Shown here: positions 38,242-55,326 of the stretch, piece by piece
Layout of the letters: every line of letters begins with the position of its first letter
Numbering within the stretch: the first letter of the stretch is position 1
NCBI RefSeq assembly: GCF_009914755.1
Contig: NC_060931.1
Reading direction: 5' to 3' (one strand)
From: the human T2T-CHM13v2.0 reference genome, Homo sapiens
DNA length: 64,000 nt
The notes under the pieces: generated by a model
Databases searched by the model: none
Seen by the model: only the letters and a program-made list of their open reading frames with translations
Told to the model about the DNA's origin: nothing
Position numbers and translations under genes: made by a program

Positions 38242-38927
38242 TTGTACTTATGCTACATTTACTGTATCTGATGTTCCTCATTTCAACATATGAATTAAAA
38301 TCATTTCCTACTGTCACTTTCTTTTAGCCTGACAGATATCCTTTACTATTTATTTTAACACACAATTGCTGGTAAAATGTTATCACAGTTTTTCATCTGA
38401 ATAAAATATTATTTTACCCTCACATTTTAATGATGAATTTTCTCAATATATAATTCCTAGTTGACAGGTACTTTTATTCCACTCTTTAAAATGTCTTTCC
38501 GTTACTTTTGGCCCTCCATTTTTGCTAATAAGAAGTCAAGCACTAATGATGTCTTTCCTTTCCTGTATATGATGAGCTATTTTTTTTCTTACTGCTTTCA
38601 AGAATTGCTTTTTTTCTTTGGATTTCACTAGCTTGACTATGATATATCTCTGTGTGTATATCTTGCTCAGTTTATTTTCTTCTGCTTATTTGTATGCCTG
38701 GATTCCTAGAGGTTGCCCCTGTGTCTGCATATTCTGTGTTCAGCCAAAAGTTGGCCAGAGTATGCACTCAAACAACTCAAGCCAGTAAGGATTCCACTCT
38801 CTAAAGATGGATCTATGTGCGTGTAGTAAAGAACATTCAGATTCCAGGCCATTTTCAGCTCAACTTTTCCCCTTAATTGTATGTAGATTCTGCCAATCAG
38901 TTTCAATCTCTCTATCTCTCTCTCTTA

Positions 38928-38928
<1 letters not shown>

Positions 38929-38970
<42 letters not shown>
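38929..38970. repeat. (TG)n microsatellite
   Basis: Direct reading. Confidence 0.95.
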
Positions 38971-38971
<1 letters not shown>

Positions 38972-39789
38972 TTGTTATTGGCTTCATCAACCAGGAATGT
39001 GGGGTGGCATGGGCTAACTACACAACGTTGTTTGCATGGCAACAACTCCTGTCAACCTGAGATACATGAAGAACTTAACAAGCCTTCCTCGTATCCCTAA
39101 CTTCTTGGTCTTTCCTACAAAATCCTCTGCTAGTCTGACAGTCTGCTACCTGCACCAAACAGAATCTAGTTCAGGCTAGCAGAACTGCTGGTCCTCCTTA
39201 TTTACTTGTTCATGAGAGCACTTCTGGAACTGACAAGATTCTAAATCAAGTGAGTTTCCCTGGTACCAGCGCTAAGACTATTGGTTTCATAGCCTGTCTC
39301 ATCCAGGTTGAACTGTCTAGCAGTAGAGCTACAGGTGAGGCATAGGAATGGTCTTCATCAAGAAAACTATAAAATTGCCCTATATCTGCCCATGCTTCAG
39401 TGATTCTCATGAATAACACTTCTCTCTTCATTTGCATGCATATCTTTGGTTAATTTCCAGAATGCTAAAATAATTGTTTTGACACTTTCATTCACCTTTA
39501 TAGTTGCTTTTTGAGGAGATTGTTCAACTTTTCATCCTGTTGGATGGAAATGCTACATACTGTTAACAAATTAAAGTCTAATTAAACCGATTAAAATCTA
39601 ATTAAACTTAAAGTCTAATGAACTAATTAAAGTCCATGACTCTATTCAGATTGTTTCTATAATACAAAGAATGTGAGTGACTGGGAATTGGGAGCCCAAG
39701 GAAAAATTATGGGTAGCCAAGATGAAATGCCAACAACAAAGAATTCCTACAATGGCAGTCATTTTTCTTATAAAAGAAATGTGGCCCAT

Positions 39790-40746
39790 TAAAAACCATG
39801 TGCATAATTTTATTGGTATTACATTTTTTAAATTATGTTTTCTAGCTACTTCTTCTTGGTATATAAATATGTAACTGGTTGTTGTATGTTAACTTTTTAT
39901 ATAGCAAATTGTCTTCAATTCTTTAGTTTTTAAAATAATTTCAATAATTTTCTTCAGTTTATTTGAGATTTTGAGTTTATTTGAGTAGGCAATTATATTA
40001 TTTTCAATAGTATATGATTTATAATATTTGGAGTCAGTTTTACATTTTTTTAACATTCTTATCATTGCTTACTCCATTTTGTCTTAACATGCTAGGTATA
40101 ATATCTTTTTGTATAATGTTAAATACACATGGCGTAAGCAAGTATGCTTTTTCCTGACTTTAAAAGGATGTCTCCAACATATTATTAAATATGATACTAA
40201 TTATAAATTTATGATACTTTTATTTTCAGGGAAAATAAGTTATATTTTCTACTCATGGTTTTTAAGACATTTTATCATGAATGGATGCTGTATTTTATTT
40301 TTTTAACTATAATAGCTAAAATACTTATATGCATTTTCTTTTGATTTAATGTGTTAAACTATATTTTCTAATGTTAAGCTATCGTTGCATTATTTTGTTT
40401 AAATAGAAATGTTCTATGGCATATTTTTATACAGTTTCTAGATGTCTATTTTATTTGTGAACATCTTATTTAGGAATTACATCTATAAACATTTATATAG
40501 AGCATGTTGGAGATTTTTTATTCTTTTAATATCTTGTACTACATGAAGTTAATACTAGCCTCAAAAGGTTAATTGATTTTTGTAATATCTGTAAGGGTGT
40601 ACATGTATATGCTTTTTGATTAGTTATTAGGTCAAAGACCAATTTAAATTAGGTGAATAGTTTAGAACATTCTGAAGTTCCTGGCAGAGGAACAGTCATC
40701 TCTGCAAAGAGATCTGTGACCTCACAGAATATAAAAAGATTTCAGA

Positions 40747-40780
<34 letters not shown>

Positions 40781-41600
40781 GTATATAAAATTATTAGTTA
40801 TTACTCTGTAAATCATATATATTAGATGATTAATTGCCACTTTGTAATCTTATTTTTAAATTAACTATATCTGAAATATTTTTGATGAGTGACATATAGA
40901 GGTATATATTTTAAAATACTGATAAAATGTACTTAATGGTTGGGTCTTCTCAACTTTTCAATTGACTTATTGCTTATTTGATGCCCTATTTATTCTAGAA
41001 ATTGTGAATTTCTCTAGGATTTTACAATGATTTGCCTAAACTATTTTAGTATATTGTTAATAATTTAATCTGTGGTTATTCTTTGCTCATTTTTTTTCTA
41101 ATATAGTTCATTAATTACTCCCTTTCTCTCTGTCTCATCAACTATGTCTTTTTTTTCTATCTTATTGATACATTCAACAAAACAGACTTTGGCAGTTTGG
41201 AGCCTCTTTTTTGTTTTTTATTTCATATTTTAGTGATTAGAATGTAAGACACCATCTTGCTAAATGCTTTTTCAGCTGTTTTTCATGGATTTTGATGTCA
41301 TATTCTTATTATCTTGCTTTTTACAGTATTTTTAAATTGTTATTATTGTGTTTATTTAGACAAAGAACCATATAACAATATTCACTTTCTAATTTAAAGG
41401 TGCATTGTTTTATATACACATAAATATTTGGATAAATTTTGCTGATTTATAAAACGTCCAATATGCATATTAATTTGGATGCATTTGTTCTGATAATTAA
41501 TGAGATTTGATGTTTCATAATTTTCCACTATGGTTATGTAATCATCTATTTTTCTTTCAATTGTATCTATTTTTGTCTCTAATCTTTTGATACTTGGTGA
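39790..41600 (-). mobile_element. Highly degenerate L1ME-type ORF2 fragments
   Basis: 'ttttatcatgaatggatgctg', 'gttaatactagcctca', T-rich L1 antisense character. Confidence 0.55.
40747..40786. repeat. (CT)n(TA)n microsatellite
   Basis: Direct reading. Confidence 0.9.
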
Positions 41601-42919
41601 GGTGATAGATAGGTCTATCTATCTACAGAGACCTATAGATAGATAGGTCTCTTTCCAGAGAGAATTTCTCTCTGCCACGTACTTCAGAATGCTATAAAAT
41701 ATTAACCTAATCCTAATTTAAATTGATCATTGACTTAATAACTACTCAAAAATTGTAAACCCAAACCAGTATCTTTATGAGGCCAGGCATATCATTATAA
41801 ATGGCTAACGAAATTTTTCTTTTTCTGTTTTTAAAATTCTGCCTTGGATGTGAGCTGATACAGATATATATTATTGCCTGATGTTGCCTGTGGGAAGACA
41901 TTTTAAAATTACACTTTCCTAAAGTTGAGCCTTCCAATTTTCTTCTTTTAGGTAAAACTCTTATTTCTAAGTAACCACCTTAGACACAACCAAAGCCTTG
42001 CTTCCTTTCACTTATACCAAAATTAAAACCCAATATTTCAGCTACTAAACTTAGTAAATGCCCTCAAGATACCCATGGTCTTAGGCCTCACTTTAGCTGT
42101 GTTTTTCAGCTTCTTTTCCATTTTATATTTCTGGGGATTTCCCTCAATATCTTGCAATGTCAGCTACGCATTTAGAAACAGCATTTCTATGTATTCCGTT
42201 TCAATGGTTTTCCCCCCTCCCCCAGGGTGTATAGTCAGCACTATGGCTGGGAATGAAAATCATAATATAGATTTTCAACAAGAAATAGAAAGTTTTCTCA
42301 AACTATAAACATAGCTGTTTTTTTTTAAGCATAAATCCTTCCAAGTTGCAGACATTATCAGAAAGAAAATACAAGATATAGTTAAGGCATTTCATAGTGT
42401 ATCACTGTTTATTTAAGCAGGATACTTACTTCATAAAACTGGACACTTCCTTCTTTGCTAAATAAGTTTTGATTGTTATTATTCAGATGTATTTTCCCAT
42501 CATTGAGAAAGGAGTCTGCTGTGAGTCTGGGGTAGAGTGATAAATCCTTTGGGTGTTGAATTATCAAACATTTAGCAAATGAATTAGCAAGTGGCATCCA
42601 CATTCAGGAAGGCAATAAAACACTATCTGATGCAATGCATAATACTTCTGAGAAGATGACCAAATAGATGGTTTAATGAAAGTTAAACATAACTTTTGCA
42701 TGCCTGCTTATTTTCTGTGAATAGTTTTACATCCACAAGCAATTGAAAGGTGGAGCTCTCAGAGTGAAACTTTACTCCTTTTTGCACAATCTCTCAATGT
42801 CTCTCATAAAGTAAATCTTCTACATTGGTATTCTGCATTATCCCAGCTGTCACTGTTGTAGTAAAGACTCTCAAAATCTTTCATGGAAACAGTTGCAATC
42901 ACTTTCTAAATAGCCTCTG

Positions 42920-42968
42920 TCATAAACGTTGATGACTCTCATAAATGTCGATGACTCTCATAAATGTC
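42920..42968. repeat. 19-bp tandem repeat, ~2.5 copies
   Basis: tcataaa(c/t)gt(t/c)gatgactc units. Confidence 0.9.
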
Positions 42969-43279
42969 ATCAACACCAGGCTATCTGGAAGCTATTTTCT
43001 TACTATTTTATATCTCGGTAAGATATTAATAGTTCTTAAAATTATATCTGCTAACACATTTGATTGATGTTGAATTAATTCAGTATTAATAGATTCTTTT
43101 ATCTCAGAAATTGTCAGAATATTCACTAGGCTAATGAGTGTGGTAAGTTGAATATAGATATCTCACACATATTTAACTACTGAATCTGATTTTTGAGAAG
43201 TTTCTACAGGATCTTCTACTTCTCTGCCTTGAAGCATTTCATCATGCAAAACATATTGTGGAGCACTTTATTTTACTTT

Positions 43280-43780
43280 CAACCAAATCTCATCATATTA
43301 ATCTCCAGAGTTAAAAATCCTTAATAATTTTCCATTTTCTAAAAATATGGGATAAAGCCTTTCACACCTTGCCCCAAATACTTAACCAAAATAATTGTTA
43401 TTCCCCATTTTCTGCCACTACCAAAGCTTGTTCCTTTTTTCTTCCTCCCCAAAAAATTATTCTCTCATTACTATTTGCTTTTGAACATACAGCTCCTTAT
43501 GACTGGATATTCTTTAGCTATTCTATTACGGCCAAACTTTTAAGTGCCATCTTTCAAGTACCCCTCAAATATTACCCGCCTTTTAAAATTTACCTTACGT
43601 AACCAGACACAGTTTTTGACACAATTATTTTCCCACTCTCTGGGAATCCCAACTTATACAGTTTATGTGTCTTTAAAGCAAGTATCAGGCTGGCAGTAAA
43701 TATTGTACACCTATTATTTTCTCTTACAATGTGAACTCCTATACAGCAACTTCCTATTCATCTTTGCACAAAATGATGCT
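43280..43780 (+). mobile_element. Degenerate L2 fragment
   Basis: 'tttgcttttgaacatacagctcctt', 'acaatgtgaactcct', 'tattcatctttg'. Confidence 0.45.
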
Positions 43781-44635
43781 AAAATGGGATTCTTTCTCCG
43801 TTTTAGCTGAGATCCTAAGAGATGGTGGATATTTTTATATTTTAAAGACTATTTTAAGCAACCAATATTTCATTCACATAGGAAGTGGATAAAAATGAGT
43901 TTTCTGACCGTCACCCATATTCTGGCTATGTAAGTAAATCTGATGTTTCAACAAAGATGTAGAAATTTGGATTTCTTATTTTTGCATAGAATATTGCCTC
44001 AAATAGCAATCCATATTTCAATAGGGAAAGCAAAAAAGGTTACTTTTTTCTTTTCACTTTAAGCCTGGCATTAGAGACTACAAGGAGGCCATTTGAAGAA
44101 TTTAATATAAGTCTTCTTCCATTATAAGGAAAACTATAAACTGTTACATGCATAGGAAATACAAAGGGTGAGAATTTGACTGATATTTCATGTGGCAACA
44201 TATAAAGGATTGTGTTAAAATAAACAAAATTTCTGCAGATGATGGTTCAAATGTGTGTTTCCCAAAAATCAGATGTGGCCATGTGAGGAAAAAAAAGGAA
44301 CTTTCCCATAACTGTCTTTTGACTTGGAAGACTTCCTAGACTCTGCGTTCCCACAGAGACCATTGAGTATAAGTGGACTGCCCAGATAAGAGAGCCATGG
44401 GAAAAAACAAGAGGCCAGCAGTACAGTAGAGTTATTTACTTACTGTAGAGTGCAGTAGGTAAGTGATGATGAGCAATTTGAGGATATCTCCAATAAGCCC
44501 ACGAAATGCTCTGGAAGAGAAAAGGTGTTCTTCAGTATCTGTCCCAGCAAAAGGAAATCAAAGTTCAAAACATTACTAATCTAATACGATTTTTCCTGGA
44601 TAACCAACTCTCTCTTTTCTGGGCAGATGTTACTG

Positions 44636-45229
44636 AGTTCAACAATTGTGGAAGACAGTGTGGCAATTCCTCAAGGATCTAGAGCAAGAAATACCATTTG
44701 ACCCATCAATCCCATTACTGGGTATATACCCAAGGGATTATAAATCATTCTACTATAAAGAAACGCGCACACATATATTTATTGCAGTGCTATTCACAAT
44801 AGCAAAGACTTGGAGTCAACCCAAATGCCCATAAATGATAGACTGGATAAAGAAAATGTGGCACATATACACCATGGAATATTATGCAGCCATAAAAAGG
44901 ATGAGTTCATGTCCTTTGCAGGGACATGGATGAAGCTGGAAACCATCATTCTCAGCAAACTAACACAGTAACAGAAAATCAAACTCTGCATGTTATCACT
45001 CCTAAGTGGGAGTTGAACAGTGAGAACACATAGACACAGGGAGTGGAACATCACATACTGGGACCTGTTGGGAGGTAGGGGGTTAGGGGAGAGATAGCAT
45101 TAGGAGAAATACCCAATGTAGATGATGGGTTGATGGGTGCAGCAAACCACTATGGCAAGTGTATACCTATGTCCAAACCTGCACGTTCTGCACATGTATC
45201 TCATAACTTAAAGTATAATTTTTTAAAAA
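44636..45229 (+). mobile_element. L1PA7-like 3' end (ORF2 C-terminus and 3'UTR)
   Basis: ORF 44646-44834 WKTVWQFLKDLEQEIPFDPSIPLLGIYP matches the L1 ORF2 C-terminus; 3'UTR ends 'cttaaagtataat'. Confidence 0.92.
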
Positions 45230-46099
45230 GCTGGCTGAAAAAAATGAGGAAGAAATCAATCATGACCCTCATTTCCCACTGCTGACAAAAGATGAAAGGA
45301 GGAAAGCATTACATTCAAATAAAATTTGTAGATTTGACTATTCCTGAAATGGGATTATATTTACAATCAGAAGTGATAAGAGGAATTTTTATCATCTAAG
45401 CATGACTGCATAAAACACAAAACTTGCCCTAGATTTTATCTAAGAGTCAGGAGAAAAAACTGATAGAGGAAAGAAAAGAGAGAATAATAATCTTTGTTTC
45501 AATTCCATCCTTGAGACTTGATTCATGGAAGTTATTTCTGTAATGTCTGCATCCAATATACAGTATGATATATAATAAGCACTCAAGAAATTGTCAATTG
45601 ACAGTTATTTTCCTTCTACAGAATGTACACCAAGTCTCTGTTCAAACAATAGAAGCCATTTTAAAATTAAGAAAATGTTATTCGTGTACACTAAAGAAGA
45701 ACCAGTGGTTTTTATAAGAACCCTAATGGAAAGAATCCCTAAATCTTAAATGGAAGTGATTTCTGCACCTAATCTTGAAAACTATAGCTATCTAACCATT
45801 TAAAGAGTGTATTTTATGAGCTAAAATCAGTGGTAGCTGTCATGAATATAAACCAGTAAGTAAGTCACAGTCTTAATTAAAGAAGTTTATGAACTGTTGG
45901 GGAAATGAGATATATAGAAAAATAAGTTTTAAAAATACCGTAGGTTCATTGTTTTAGAATGCATTGTGCTTAGTGTGGGTACAAAAGTGGAGGTAATCAA
46001 TACTGTTAATATATCAAGCCATGCTTTGTAGATTTTATTACATTTGAAATAGGTATGAAAAGATAAGTAAGAATACGAGAAATGTAAATTAAAATGTTG

Positions 46100-49350
<3,251 letters not shown>

Positions 49351-49435
49351 TTAAAGCTAAAGATACCAAATTTAAAACATCTCATTGAACTTTGAATAAC
49401 ATTGTAGCTATGTAAAATTATAAAAATAATATTAG

Positions 49436-51051
49436 TGTCACAGGATCCCTGGGGTGTTGCTTGGCCAGTCAGAAAACTTTGTGGCCAGCATTGTCTCTGC
49501 TTGGGTTTTGCTTGTGCCTGCTGGGCTCATTTTGCCTACTCAGCCTGGCAGGCTGCATTCAGCTCATGCTACTGCCCCGAATATCATGCCTGACAAGGGC
49601 AAGCCAGGTGTGGAGCGGCGAGGGTGTGTGAGCAAATGTACACAAAGTCTGGTCACTGCTCACAGCCAGGTGCTCTGGCTGTAATGGAAAGGGCAGCTCC
49701 AGGCTCTGTCACAGGTGCCAGCTCTGTGCGAGGCTATGGCTAGACCAGATATACCACAAGTGGCTTCCACCAAGGGCACTAGCATTTGGACAAGGGGAAC
49801 ATGGTGACGCCCAAGAGCTTGGACAGCAGCAACTGCAAAGCTTCAAAGAGGGGTATTACAGTGTGTCATAGGCCTGGCTCTGGGAGCCCCTAGGTCTGCA
49901 CTCCCAGAAGGGCTTCAGCTCTTTTCTCCTTCTTGATATCCACAATGTGGTGAGCAGAGGGTGTGTTTCCACCCTGTTTATGTTACAGCTCTTTCAGTCC
50001 CACCATTCAGCATCACCCAAGTTCTTGTCCCGCATCCAGTAAGAATGAGGTACACGGACCAATGGAGGGTTAGCAAGGTGGAAAGGAACTTCATTGAGAG
50101 ACAGAATAGCTCTGAGAAGACCTGAAGTGGGTAGCTCCTTTCCGTAGGCAGGTCATACAGGCATGGGTCCAGCTCTTAGTGAAGAAGAGACCTGTGGTGG
50201 GTAGCTCCTTTCCACCAGTAGGTCGTCCAGAAGAGTCAAGGAGACCCGAAGTGAGTAGCTCCCTCCCACAGAGGGGCATGAGTTTGTGTGAGTTTGGCTA
50301 AGTCTGGGGTTTTTATGGGCTGGGATGGGAGGAAGTGAGTGCTGATTGGTCTGTGGGCAGGCCGAATAAAGCACAGTAAGTCCTCATTCTGGGCCACAGA
50401 CTCCACCCGAAACTGACAGCCCGCCCCCAGGCTTAAGGCTGTCTCTGCCTTGAAGGTGGGGTTTCACCAGAGATTGCCCCTTTCTGCCCAAGAACCTGTC
50501 TGCCTCCTGCCATCAACATGCCATCCATAGCACCCAGGCTGTTCATGCCAAAGGGCACCTGTAGGCCCGTGCAAAGCCGCCCTGGGTCCCTGTGGCCTCC
50601 CTTGTGTGCTAGTCAGTGCCCAAAGTCCAGAGGGGGATGAGGCGGCAGGGGGCTGGTGTGTCAGCACGACCCTGAGCTCATGCATACCCAGCCAGGTTGC
50701 AACAGTTCCCGGGCTTGGCCACAACTTTGCTTTGTGGCACAGGCACAAATCAGAGCAGGCACCAGGAGCAAGGGAGAGGCCAGGGAGCAGGTACTTCCAA
50801 ACCTGCGGGGGCAGGGTGGCTTACTGGACCTCCAAGAGAACAGGGATGTCCGGGTTTGAAGTCGCAGCTGGGCGGCTGCAGCCTGTGCACAGCAGTGCAG
50901 AACTCCCACCCTGCCCACTCAGTAGCGGGCAGGGCTCCTGCCTGTTCTCAGCCCCCAGTGGCTCTGAGGAGTGCGCCATTTTGGCCACGCCTACCCCACT
51001 ACAGCAGACATCTTCACAGCAGCCTCTCCAGACAGGCCACCACTGCCATCA
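49436..51051 (-). mobile_element. MER52A solo LTR (ERV1)
   Basis: TG...CA termini ('tgtcacaggatcc' ... 'cactgccatca'), GC-rich body with gtgggtagctcctttcc repeats; 4-bp TSD ttag / ttgg. Confidence 0.88.
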
Positions 51052-51099
51052 TTGGGAGGTAAAATCTTTAATAGGTACAATGTTAACTATTTGTTGAGA

Positions 51100-51600
51100 G
51101 GTGTCAACACATTTGTATTATTGGTAAAGTTATTAACTCCAGACTTTTGACACCAAGTCAGGATGGTAACAAAATTGTGATAATCACAAAAAGAAAGAAA
51201 TAGTATAATTTCCAAAATAAAATAGAATAGAATGAGATTATATATTGAATCAATCTAAAACAAAGCATAGAAAATAAAAATAGAAAAAAAGTGAGTAAAA
51301 TTAAACACAAAATAAGGTGAAAGAAAAAAGTTATGGATAATAAGAATTAATTTAAATTTGGTAATTATTTCAATTAAAAGAGCTTTAAAAATGGATTCTA
51401 AAAATATTGATATGTTATTTACAAAGTTATGTGTTCAACAAAATATACACAAAAGTTAAAAATAAGAGAAAGACAAGGCAAAAGTTAATCAAAAAATTGA
51501 TATGACTATATTAATAATTAAGATATTAAAGCAATTTTAAGAAAAGATTATTCCTAGATATACAGAGGGTCTTTTGACCTCCTGAAAGATTTTTTAATAT
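51100..51600 (+). mobile_element. L1M fragment around the ORF2 start
   Basis: 'caattaaaag...tggatt...tatttacaaag...atgactatattaata'. Confidence 0.55.
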
Positions 51601-51899
51601 TGAATCATGCTTGAATTGCTGTAAATTTTTTCCCCTTCTTTTCACAGGTGTTGAACTTGGGATTTTAAAATATTTTTTCAGATAAACATGAAGTCTAACT
51701 CATAAAAATCCTGTTTGTACTTTAACATGATTCAATCATAATATAACAACTCTTACAGAGATAAATTTACAGGACACAGAAGTAGGTAGGAAGCCAATCA
51801 TGGATAAAATTGTTCTAGTTATCTATTCTTCAGTAACAAATGAACCACATTTCAATAGGAGGGCAAATAAGATCAAACCAATTATTGAAAGTGACAAGT

Positions 51900-52875
51900 T
51901 TTCGGAAGATCATGTAGGAACCAAAATACTATTGTGTTACTTGTAAACGAACTTTGGACTATCCTCTATATAATGGAGATTATTTAAGGATTTTAGTTGC
52001 AAAGACACATGTTCAGATTTGTATTTTTATTAGAAAATTCAGAAAGCCTTCTTAGGTGCAAAGACTGGGAAAAGAAAAACCTATGAGGAATATACAGCAA
52101 TAATCAAGTGACAGGTAACAGACTAAACTAACTTAGTATTCCTTAAGTTTTACATAAGGAGATGGAATTGCAAGATATAAAGAAAACAGAACCACTGAAA
52201 CTCAGTCATGTATTTATGGGAAGAATGAGTAAAGAGGGAAATAACAGTTTTTAGGTTTCTGACATGGCTGAGTGAACAGATGGTAGTACCATGTGCTCTG
52301 ATACAGGAGAAGAAAATAGATATTTTTATACATATTAAATTTGAGGATTTCCCAGGAAAACCCAGAAAGAGATGCAATCAGCCAGCTATGAGAACCGGAT
52401 GCTTGAAGAAATGCAGGGAGAACAATTTTACTGTCATGAAAATGTAGATAGATTTTTTTTAAAGAACACATTTGATAATCCAGTGAATACATACAGTAAG
52501 ATTACCAGAGATGAGTATTTCTGTGAACATAATTGGGCAAATATAAGGCAGCTTGCCAAAAATGCCGAGAAAGAACTTTACAAACATGAAAGGAAAATCA
52601 TAACAGAGAAAAAATGAAGGTCAAAGGGAAAGATAACTTTGTGGAGGGAAGAGTCACTGATTTGAAATACTGTGATGTAGTAAGTGAACAACTGAAAAGA
52701 TCATTAGTCCCTATTTTACTTTTTTTTTTTTCTACCATTTGGAAAATATTGTTGACAATTGTCACAGAAGATTCAAATGGGTTGGAGGCAAAACCTGCAT
52801 TTTGCTGGATTGAGATGAACATTTAAAGTCAGAAGTCAGAGACTGTAAATGTACATGATAATTTTTCAAAAAGAT
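51900..52875 (-). mobile_element. L2 fragment
   Basis: 'tcagatttgtatttt', 'aggtttctgacatgg', 'agatggtagtacc' pattern. Confidence 0.6.
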
Positions 52876-54923
52876 TTTAAATATACTAAGAGAAAATTAT
52901 TTTCTCCTCTGTGAATGAATAATTGGATGAATGAAAAATGAAAATCTTTATGGTCATTAGACAATATCTTGCAAGTTCACAGTGAAAATTGTCATATATG
53001 ATTTCTTAGAAATCTTACAATGAAAAATTCTGTTTCAATTTTTCTGATCCAAACACTCTTCAAATTCTTTAATCTTATAATATTTTCATGAAATTTTTGT
53101 AGAAATACCATTCCCCTGGGAAATATTAGCCTTCATATCATTTTCATGATATTAGCACCTCAGCAATGAAGGATGAAAGAAATAAAATATCTAATAGTGG
53201 TTGTTAGGTTGCTGTATGGTTCACTTCTTTTTACGTTGTTTTATAATGGGAGAAATTTTAGCATGTCAGTAATCTGTGGGGGAAATATACATATACATTG
53301 GCAGGTACAGGTTGAAAATATAGGAATGAAATTACCTGGTAATGCAAATTCCAGAGACCAGACTGGCTGAAGAATAGGGATAGGGCAGCTCAATGCAAAG
53401 TGAGGCATTTGAATTTTAGGTACTTAACAAAAAAAATGATGGGGGACAAATTTTGGAAAATACTGAGAATTACACCATATGCTGCAAAGGTACAAACTCA
53501 AATTTATCTTTGTCTAGGAGTCAGAGTAACAACTGACAAGTTTCTTTATACATAACCCTGAGAAGACAGAACATTAGACCACAAACAAGATAATTTAGCT
53601 ACTTGTCATATGAGTGAAAAGGCCAAGCAATTAGTTTAATACCAAATACGAATTGCTTGTCTCATTCCTATCCTACTGAAATGTTTCTTACCAATTAGAG
53701 AAGCAGTCTCTACCTCATTCCTTGGAAATGTCTCTTCCAGAAAAGTTTTGAATTGGCAAGTTCTCTTTTCAGTTTTCTACCCTGCTTCTCCAGCTCACCT
53801 ATTCATCCAGCTCTCCTCTTGGTGATTTACTCAGAAGTCTCAGGACTAATTTCTGTGTACTGAACCTGAGCTACCTGCATGTGTATGTACGTATCTATAT
53901 GTGTTTGAATTCTTAAAGTGAAAAAAAACACTTAAATATTAAAATTAAAACAGCTACTTGAATTTCATTTTGGAAAACACTCATGCAGCATTTATTTGAT
54001 GAATCAAGGCTCTCTGTTCTTTTAACTGATATGGTTCTCATTGAATTTATAAAAAATCTTTATGCAACTTTTATTGAGTGCCACCTCATTTGATCCTAAA
54101 TGCTAGCACACACTGCCTTTTATTTTAAAAATTTAATTCAAGGCCCATAGCATGAAATTTGGTTTAATTATCTAAATCCATGGATTTTATTTATTTATTT
54201 ATTTATTTATTAAGGAATGAAGGGATTTATTGAAAATGAAAGTACAGGGCACAAAGGCTCTGTTACAGAATTTTTGAGAGTTTAAATACCCCCTACAGGA
54301 TTCCATTGGTTACTTGGGGTAAGCTTTATGTAAATGGAGAGGATGAAGTAAAGTTACGAAGTCATTTACTTGGCCTACTCCCTGTGGAGAGGATATTTCC
54401 TGTCATAGCTGAAGTGTGAATCGGCTTCATGTTCCCTGCCTTGAGACCCTATTTTCCTGCCTCATCTCCCCCTCTAAGAGATGTGATCCCCATAAATCTT
54501 CATGGGAGGTAGAGTTTTGTTTTTGTTTTTGTTTTTTCTGTAACTGCTTCATTATGGCTTGGAGCATAGTCCCCACCTATTGGGGATCACAAAACTCTCA
54601 CCCTGCTCTGTCTAGTGGAGGCAGTGTAGCTCCTTGATGGCCAGGGGTGGTGTCTTCACCTGAAACTGGCTGGAACCTTTGTTGGATGATCATCTGAAGC
54701 TTGATGTTTTCTAGGTGAAAGGAAATGAATTTTGTTGAAAGATTTAATGGGAATTTCAGGGGGTGGAAACCTATGCTGTCAGAAATGTTTGTTACAGAGA
54801 TTTGCAGGAGAAAAAACAAAACCTGGTCTTTTCTAGAATCTATGTGTTTCCTTAAAGTCTTAGCACAAGCAACTCCATTTTGGTTTGGTTCAGTTTGTTG
54901 GGGCCTACTGCATGAGCTTAGTC

Positions 54924-55240
54924 TTTAAATTCTCTTGTGGAAGTTATGTTAAATAATAGAATTAGCTAAACAGAACAGTATCTGTGCAGCTGCTGGCACT
55001 TGTGGCCTATGGAGAAATACATAAAATGAAGATTATAGAAATTCAGTGGCAGGAGACTCACAAATAAATTGCTTAGTCAAGTGAGTAAACTCTTTAGCTC
55101 ATTCTTTGACCTATTTGATTTTAGGAGTTTGGTTTATGGGGATCTTGGGTAAGGAGCATACTCCAAACTCTTGGTATTATCCTCCCAATAGTCATAATAA
55201 TAGTTTCCCTAGTGCTCTGTATTCTCTCAAAGGTTTTAAA
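54924..55240 (+). pseudogene. env: Decayed retroviral env TM remnant (immunosuppressive domain, Cys motif, membrane anchor region)
   Basis: Translates LNSLVEVMLNNRI, then after a frameshift AKQNSICAAAGTCGLWRNT, resembling gamma-type TM LxNRxALD...CX6CC; hydrophobic stretch near 55170-55225. Confidence 0.65.
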
Positions 55241-55326
55241 TGCTTGCACGCAGCCATCTCTAGAATATCATATGATCTCTCTTCAACTGTAATAACAGGA
55301 GCTGAAAGAAATCTGCAACCATGAGG

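Larger units (their letters stand above)
35400..39545 (-). mobile_element. L1MB-type 3' end and further L1M fragments, interrupted by MLT1E and two Alus
   Basis: 'cagctgtattgagatataattt...gttgtgcaaccatc...agaacatttccatcatccc', 'cattcccaccagca'. Confidence 0.75.

Noticed and set aside
50091-51097. Cluster of long overlapping ORFs (up to 163 aa) in GC-rich sequence
   Set aside because: All lie inside the MER52A LTR; GC richness lowers stop-codon frequency. CpGs are depleted, so it is not a CpG island.
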